From: Iphione sp. A-MEVVRFRX5
Lineage: Eukaryota
Direction: 5' to 3'
Assembly (NCBI GenBank): GCA_976226885.1
Contig: OZ320316.1
Location: 111,600,001-111,664,000, forward strand
Length of the DNA: 64,000 nucleotides
The notes beneath the pieces were generated by a model. The model did not search any database, was not told the origin of the DNA, and worked only from the letters and a program-made list of their open reading frames with translations. Below, in pieces: positions 61,331 through 64,000 of the stretch (position 1 is its first letter; every line of letters begins with the position of its first letter). Position numbers and translations under genes: made by a program.

Positions 61331-63998
61331 CACACCCACACCCACACCCACCCCCCTGTGGCAAATAGCACAACTGCCATATATATCCCCAACCAATAAC
61401 AGTAAATTACACCCAGCAAGGCTCTGTCGCTGATTGTAAATACGATTAGGTACAGGCAGGACCAATGGACGTTTCCTCCTGCACAAGGAGTGACGTGGTT
61501 GGTGGGTTCATGCTGTGATGGTTTTTTTTATTCTGGAGCGTGTGTGTGTGGGGGTGGGTGGGGGGGAGAGGACCTTAGGAATGCTGCTGTCCGACCGTCG
61601 GACCTTCCGGCACAATACCGTGGGTCTGTTCACTATTCCTTAAACTAGTGCATCAAATGCTGCTGTGATTTCCAAATACATGTATGGTGTTTCACTGTAC
61701 GGAATCTTGACATGGACCTATTTGACGTATTTCTCTATCATTCCAAGTGATTTAAAGGTTAAATTTGTGTGTGTTTTAATACTTTGATTACACACACTGA
61801 CCTCAATGCACCCAGTTTGTACAATGTTGTATAGTCGTGTTTCACCCAGGTAGAACTAATTACTTAATGGTTGTTGGATTTTATTTTCTCCTCGTGTGCA
61901 GATCTCCTATTACGTGTACCGGTCGTATATGAGGAGGAACTTCCGCAGCATGAACTTCGACAATCCCGTCTACCGGAAGACGACGGAGGACCAGTTCAGT
62001 CTAGAGAAGAACCAGTACCAGCCCTCGCAAACGCTGCCCTCGGTGAGTTACTCGAGCGAGCTGCTCCCAAGCTCTCGCCTACTACTACTACTCCTACTAT
62101 AACTACTACTCCTCGTAGATTTAAGGCCACACTCCCCTGCATGCGAATCGTGAAGATAACGATGCTACGTGTAAATAACACAACCGCTTCAGAACAACGT
62201 AGTGGGAAATTCTACATTGAAAAGTATATAATACATGTATATATATTTGTGTGTATATACATGTGTATATATATATGAATTAATCGTAATTGTTGATCAA
62301 ATGATTAATACATGTATAACGAATGGTGTTAATTGTTCCAAATTCATGTCGACATCGGTTAAATATGATCATATAGACAACAAGTAATCATGTATAATAT
62401 ATAAAGCATGGTGCGAAACTCTAGTATGAGCCATATTTAAAAAAACCGTGAGAAACATACGTAGTTATTCTTCAGTAAGATTTTAAGGGTAATACACCTG
62501 CTGGTAATTGGGCCATTTCTGTAGAGAGGGGGACGGCGGGAGATATTTCTTTGGGCCGTGTTTTCCCGGGAAGTTTTTTTTTTTTCCGGCAGATTTTAAC
62601 AATAACTTAAACCCCTTCTTCACATGCTAGAACGAGTGCATCACTGCGCGTCTTTTGTATGGCCATACTAAAGCATTTCGTTTGATTCGTCCTGTGTTTG
62701 TCAGTATTGGCTGGAGCCAGCTCCCCCTCCTCGTACTACCATCTTCTACTGCTTGTTCTCGTCCCTGAATGACCTAATGTATCCTCATATCAAGCCCCCT
62801 CCCCCCCCCCCCCTTCGTTTTCGTTCTGGGAATGACCTAGTGTATACTCATATTGAGCCCCCCTCTTTGTACCACCACCATGTCCTACTGCTCGTTCTTG
62901 TCCTGGGAATGACTTAGTGTATACTCATATCGAGCCCCCCTCTTCGTACCACCACCATGTCCTACTGCTCGTTCTTGTCCTGGGAATGACCTAGTGTATA
63001 CTCATATTGAGCCCCCCTCTTTGTACCACCACCATGTCCTACTGCTCGTTCTTGTCCCAGGAATGACCTAGTGTATACTCATATTGAGCCCCCCCCCCCC
63101 CTTCATACCACCAACACATCCTACTGCTCATTCTTGTCCCAGGAATGACCTAGTGTATACTCATATCGAGCCCCCCCCCTCTTTGTACTACCACCACGTC
63201 CTACTGCTCATTCTCATCCCGGGAATGACCTGTTGTATACTCATATGGAGCCCCCCTCTTCGTACCACCAACACGTCCTACTGCTCATTCTTGTCCCGGG
63301 AATGACCTTGTGTATACTCATATCGAGCTCCCCTCTTCGTACCACCACCATGTCCTACTGCTCATTCTTGTCCTGGGAATAACCTAGTGTATACTCATAT
63401 CGAGCTCCCCTCTTGGTACCACCAACACGTCCTACTGCTCATTCTCATCCCAGGAATGTCCTCATGTATTCTCATATCGAGCCCCCCCTCTTTGTACTAC
63501 CACCATGTCCTACTGCTCCTTCTCATCCCGGGAATGACCTGTTGTATACTCATATGAAGCCCCCCTCTTGGTACCACCAACACGTCCTACTGCTCATTCT
63601 CATCCCAGGAATGACCTTGTGTATACTCATATCGAAGCCCCTACAGTCCTACTGTTCGTTCTTGTCCTGGGAATGATCTAGTGTATAATACTCATATCGA
63701 GGCCCCCCCCCCCCCCCTCCTCGCACTACCACCACGTCCTACTGTTCGTTCTTGTCCTGGGAATGATCTAGTGTATAATACTCATATCGAGCTCCCCTCT
63801 TGGTACCACCAACACGTCCTACTGCTCATTCTCATCCCAGGAATGACCTTGTGTATACTCATATCGAAGCCCCTACAGTCCTACTGTTCGTTCTTGTCCT
63901 GGGAATGATCTAGTGTATAATACTCATATCGAGCTTCTGTTTGTTGCATGTTGCAGACGCTAGAGCCATTGACGTCTCCGTCTAATGAGGTCGCTTGA
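37318..63998 (+). CDS. LpR: LDLR-family receptor of VLDLR/lipophorin-receptor type (8 LA, EGF-A/B, 6x YWTD, EGF-C, O-linked stalk, TM, FDNPVY)
   Basis: Exons 37318-37396, 37817-37930, 50954-51079, 51580-51699, 52811-53170, 53533-53667, 54023-54839, 55639-56186, 56743-56796, 57679-57827, 61902-62042 and 63957-63998 total 2685 nt in frame (894 aa). The domain order is that of VLDLR/LpR. The family call is secure; the symbol reflects recalled similarity of the tail to insect LpR. Confidence 0.92.
37817..37930 (+). CDS. LpR: LA1 exon ([37 protein letters not shown]), phase 1-1
   Basis: six Cys and the DCxDxSDE motif; taaaag|GA...G|gtaagt. Confidence 0.93.
39986..40113. other. Assembly gap
   Basis: N-run. 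Confidence 1.
42361..42868. repeat. Near-perfect tandem triplication of about 175 bp
   Basis: GTCATTTCTACCTGTGAGTACAAC at 42361, 42537 and 42712. Confidence 0.92.
43520..43930. repeat. Minisatellite of alternating 75-79-bp monomers
   Basis: AATGTTAC at about 43586, 43661, 43736, 43815 and 43890, with A/B alternation. Confidence 0.85.
45085..45310. repeat. 33-bp tandem repeat, about 7 copies
   Basis: ACTGATGACACTACTCATAGCATATTCCCCACT; explains the periodic ORFs at 44902-45399. Confidence 0.92.
46765..47930. repeat. Purine-rich satellite, 97-bp period
   Basis: GGAGAAACAGA at about 46941, 47038, 47135 and 47232; + strand is almost all A/G. Confidence 0.92.
48820..49082. repeat. 46-bp tandem repeat, about 6 copies
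   Basis: GAATCCAGAACACCTTCCTTCTGG recurs every 46 bp. Confidence 0.85.
49741..50056 (+). promoter_or_regulatory. Putative proximal (intronic) promoter of the receptor
   Basis: CpG-rich block with CCAAT at about 49745 and 49980, directly upstream of exon 1b. Confidence 0.5.
50057..50144 (+). CDS. LpR: Proximal alternative first coding exon 1b, signal-peptide-like [29 protein letters not shown], phase 1
   Basis: ccatcATGG start context, hydrophobic core, TAT G|gtgagt donor; phase matches LA2; lies in a CpG-rich island. Confidence 0.75.
50954..51079 (+). CDS. LpR: LA2 exon ([40 protein letters not shown])
   Basis: gaatag|CG...C|gtatgt; six Cys, DGSDE; frame absent from the ORF track. Confidence 0.93.
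51580..51699 (+). CDS. LpR: LA3 exon ([37 protein letters not shown])
   Basis: ttgcag|AA...A|gtaagt. Confidence 0.94.
52434..52724. other. Assembly gap between the LA3 and LA4-6 exons
   Basis: N-run. Confidence 1.
52811..53170 (+). CDS. LpR: LA4-LA6 exon
   Basis: ctacag|CT...T|gtgagt; three canonical LA repeats within ORF 52321..53190. Confidence 0.95.
53533..53667 (+). CDS. LpR: LA7 exon
   Basis: ttccag|GT...C|gtaagt; CPPGMFTC...[23 protein letters not shown]. Confidence 0.92.
54023..54839 (+). CDS. LpR: Exon with LA8, EGF-A, Ca-binding EGF-B and the first three propeller blades
   Basis: gtgtag|CT...GG|gtaagt; CEDIDEC, MYWSD, LYWTD; an in-frame second acceptor at 54029 is possible. Confidence 0.94.
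54860..55420. repeat. Intronic tandem repeat, about 100-bp period
   Basis: GAGGGAGATCATCAAATAACAAGG recurs; explains spurious minus-strand ORFs. Confidence 0.88.
55639..56186 (+). CDS. LpR: Exon with the last three YWTD blades and EGF-C
   Basis: ccacag|C TTC ATG TAC TGG...CCA G|gtgaga; [25 protein letters not shown]. Confidence 0.95.
56743..56796 (+). CDS. LpR: Small Thr/Ser-rich O-glycosylation stalk exon ([18 protein letters not shown]), phase 1-1
   Basis: caacag|CG...AAC G|gtgaga; 54 nt symmetric exon, so it could be skipped. Confidence 0.7.
57679..57827 (+). CDS. LpR: Stalk plus transmembrane exon (...[18 protein letters not shown]), phase 1-0
   Basis: ctacag|GT...GGG|gtaagt; hydrophobic helix. 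Confidence 0.9.
57825..58140. repeat. 53-bp tandem repeat starting at the TM-exon splice donor, about 6 copies
   Basis: GTAAGTGGAAG at 57828, 57881, 57934, 57987 and 58040. Confidence 0.92.
58230..58360 (+). mobile_element. Tiny non-LTR (CR1/Jockey-like) RT relic
   Basis: [28 protein letters not shown] resembles the RT motif D.SKAFD.V.H..L..KL...GI.G. Confidence 0.55.
59927..60504. mobile_element. TA-flanked non-autonomous DNA transposon with about 25-bp imperfect TIRs
   Basis: ta|CAGTCGAATGCTGCATTGTGACCA...TGGTCGCATAGCGGCATTCGACTG|ta. Confidence 0.78.
61902..62042 (+). CDS. LpR: Cytoplasmic tail exon with FDNPVY internalisation signal
   Basis: gtgcag|ATC...TCG|gtgagt; [25 protein letters not shown]. 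Confidence 0.95.
62765..63933. repeat. Tandem repeat, about 78-bp period, filling most of the last intron
   Basis: GGAATGACCTAGTGTATACTCATATCGAGCCCCCC recurs about 15 times. Confidence 0.9.
63957..63998 (+). CDS. LpR: Last coding exon [13 protein letters not shown]
   Basis: ttgcag|ACG...GCT TGA; phase 0 fits the previous donor. Confidence 0.85.
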   Translation, partial: TLEPLTSPSNEVA

Positions 63999-64000
63999 TG

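Overview
Animal genomic DNA with spliceosomal introns and two N-gaps (39986-40113, 52434-52724); the source is probably a non-insect marine invertebrate (inference). Two multi-exon genes lie in tandem on the + strand. (1) Ovothiol synthase OvoA, 5'-truncated by the window edge or with unrecognised upstream exons: 12 exons at 1713-19812 splice in frame to 698 aa, covering the DinB-like HX3HXE iron site, FGE-sulfatase domain and C-terminal methyltransferase. (2) A VLDL/lipophorin-receptor-type LDLR-family gene at 37318-63998, with 8 LA repeats, EGF-A/B, a six-bladed YWTD propeller, EGF-C, an O-glycan stalk, a TM helix and an FDNPVY tail. It has two apparent alternative signal-peptide first exons, predicting 894-aa (8 LA) and 859-aa (7 LA) isoforms. 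Introns and the 17-kb intergenic spacer hold several MITE families, a tRNA-derived SINE, a decayed RT-less Ty3/Gypsy, an L1/Tx1-type LINE 3' fragment, a short 5'-inverted copy of that LINE with a 15-bp TSD, and many unrelated minisatellites. The strongest leads are the dual-promoter receptor, a 5-bp-TSD MITE family with conserved hairpin ends but largely unrelated cores, a divergent OvoA active-site segment, the twin-priming-like LINE insertion, and a minisatellite that multiplies a splice donor. Most listed six-frame ORFs are spurious. All family assignments come from motif recognition by eye; no database search was run.
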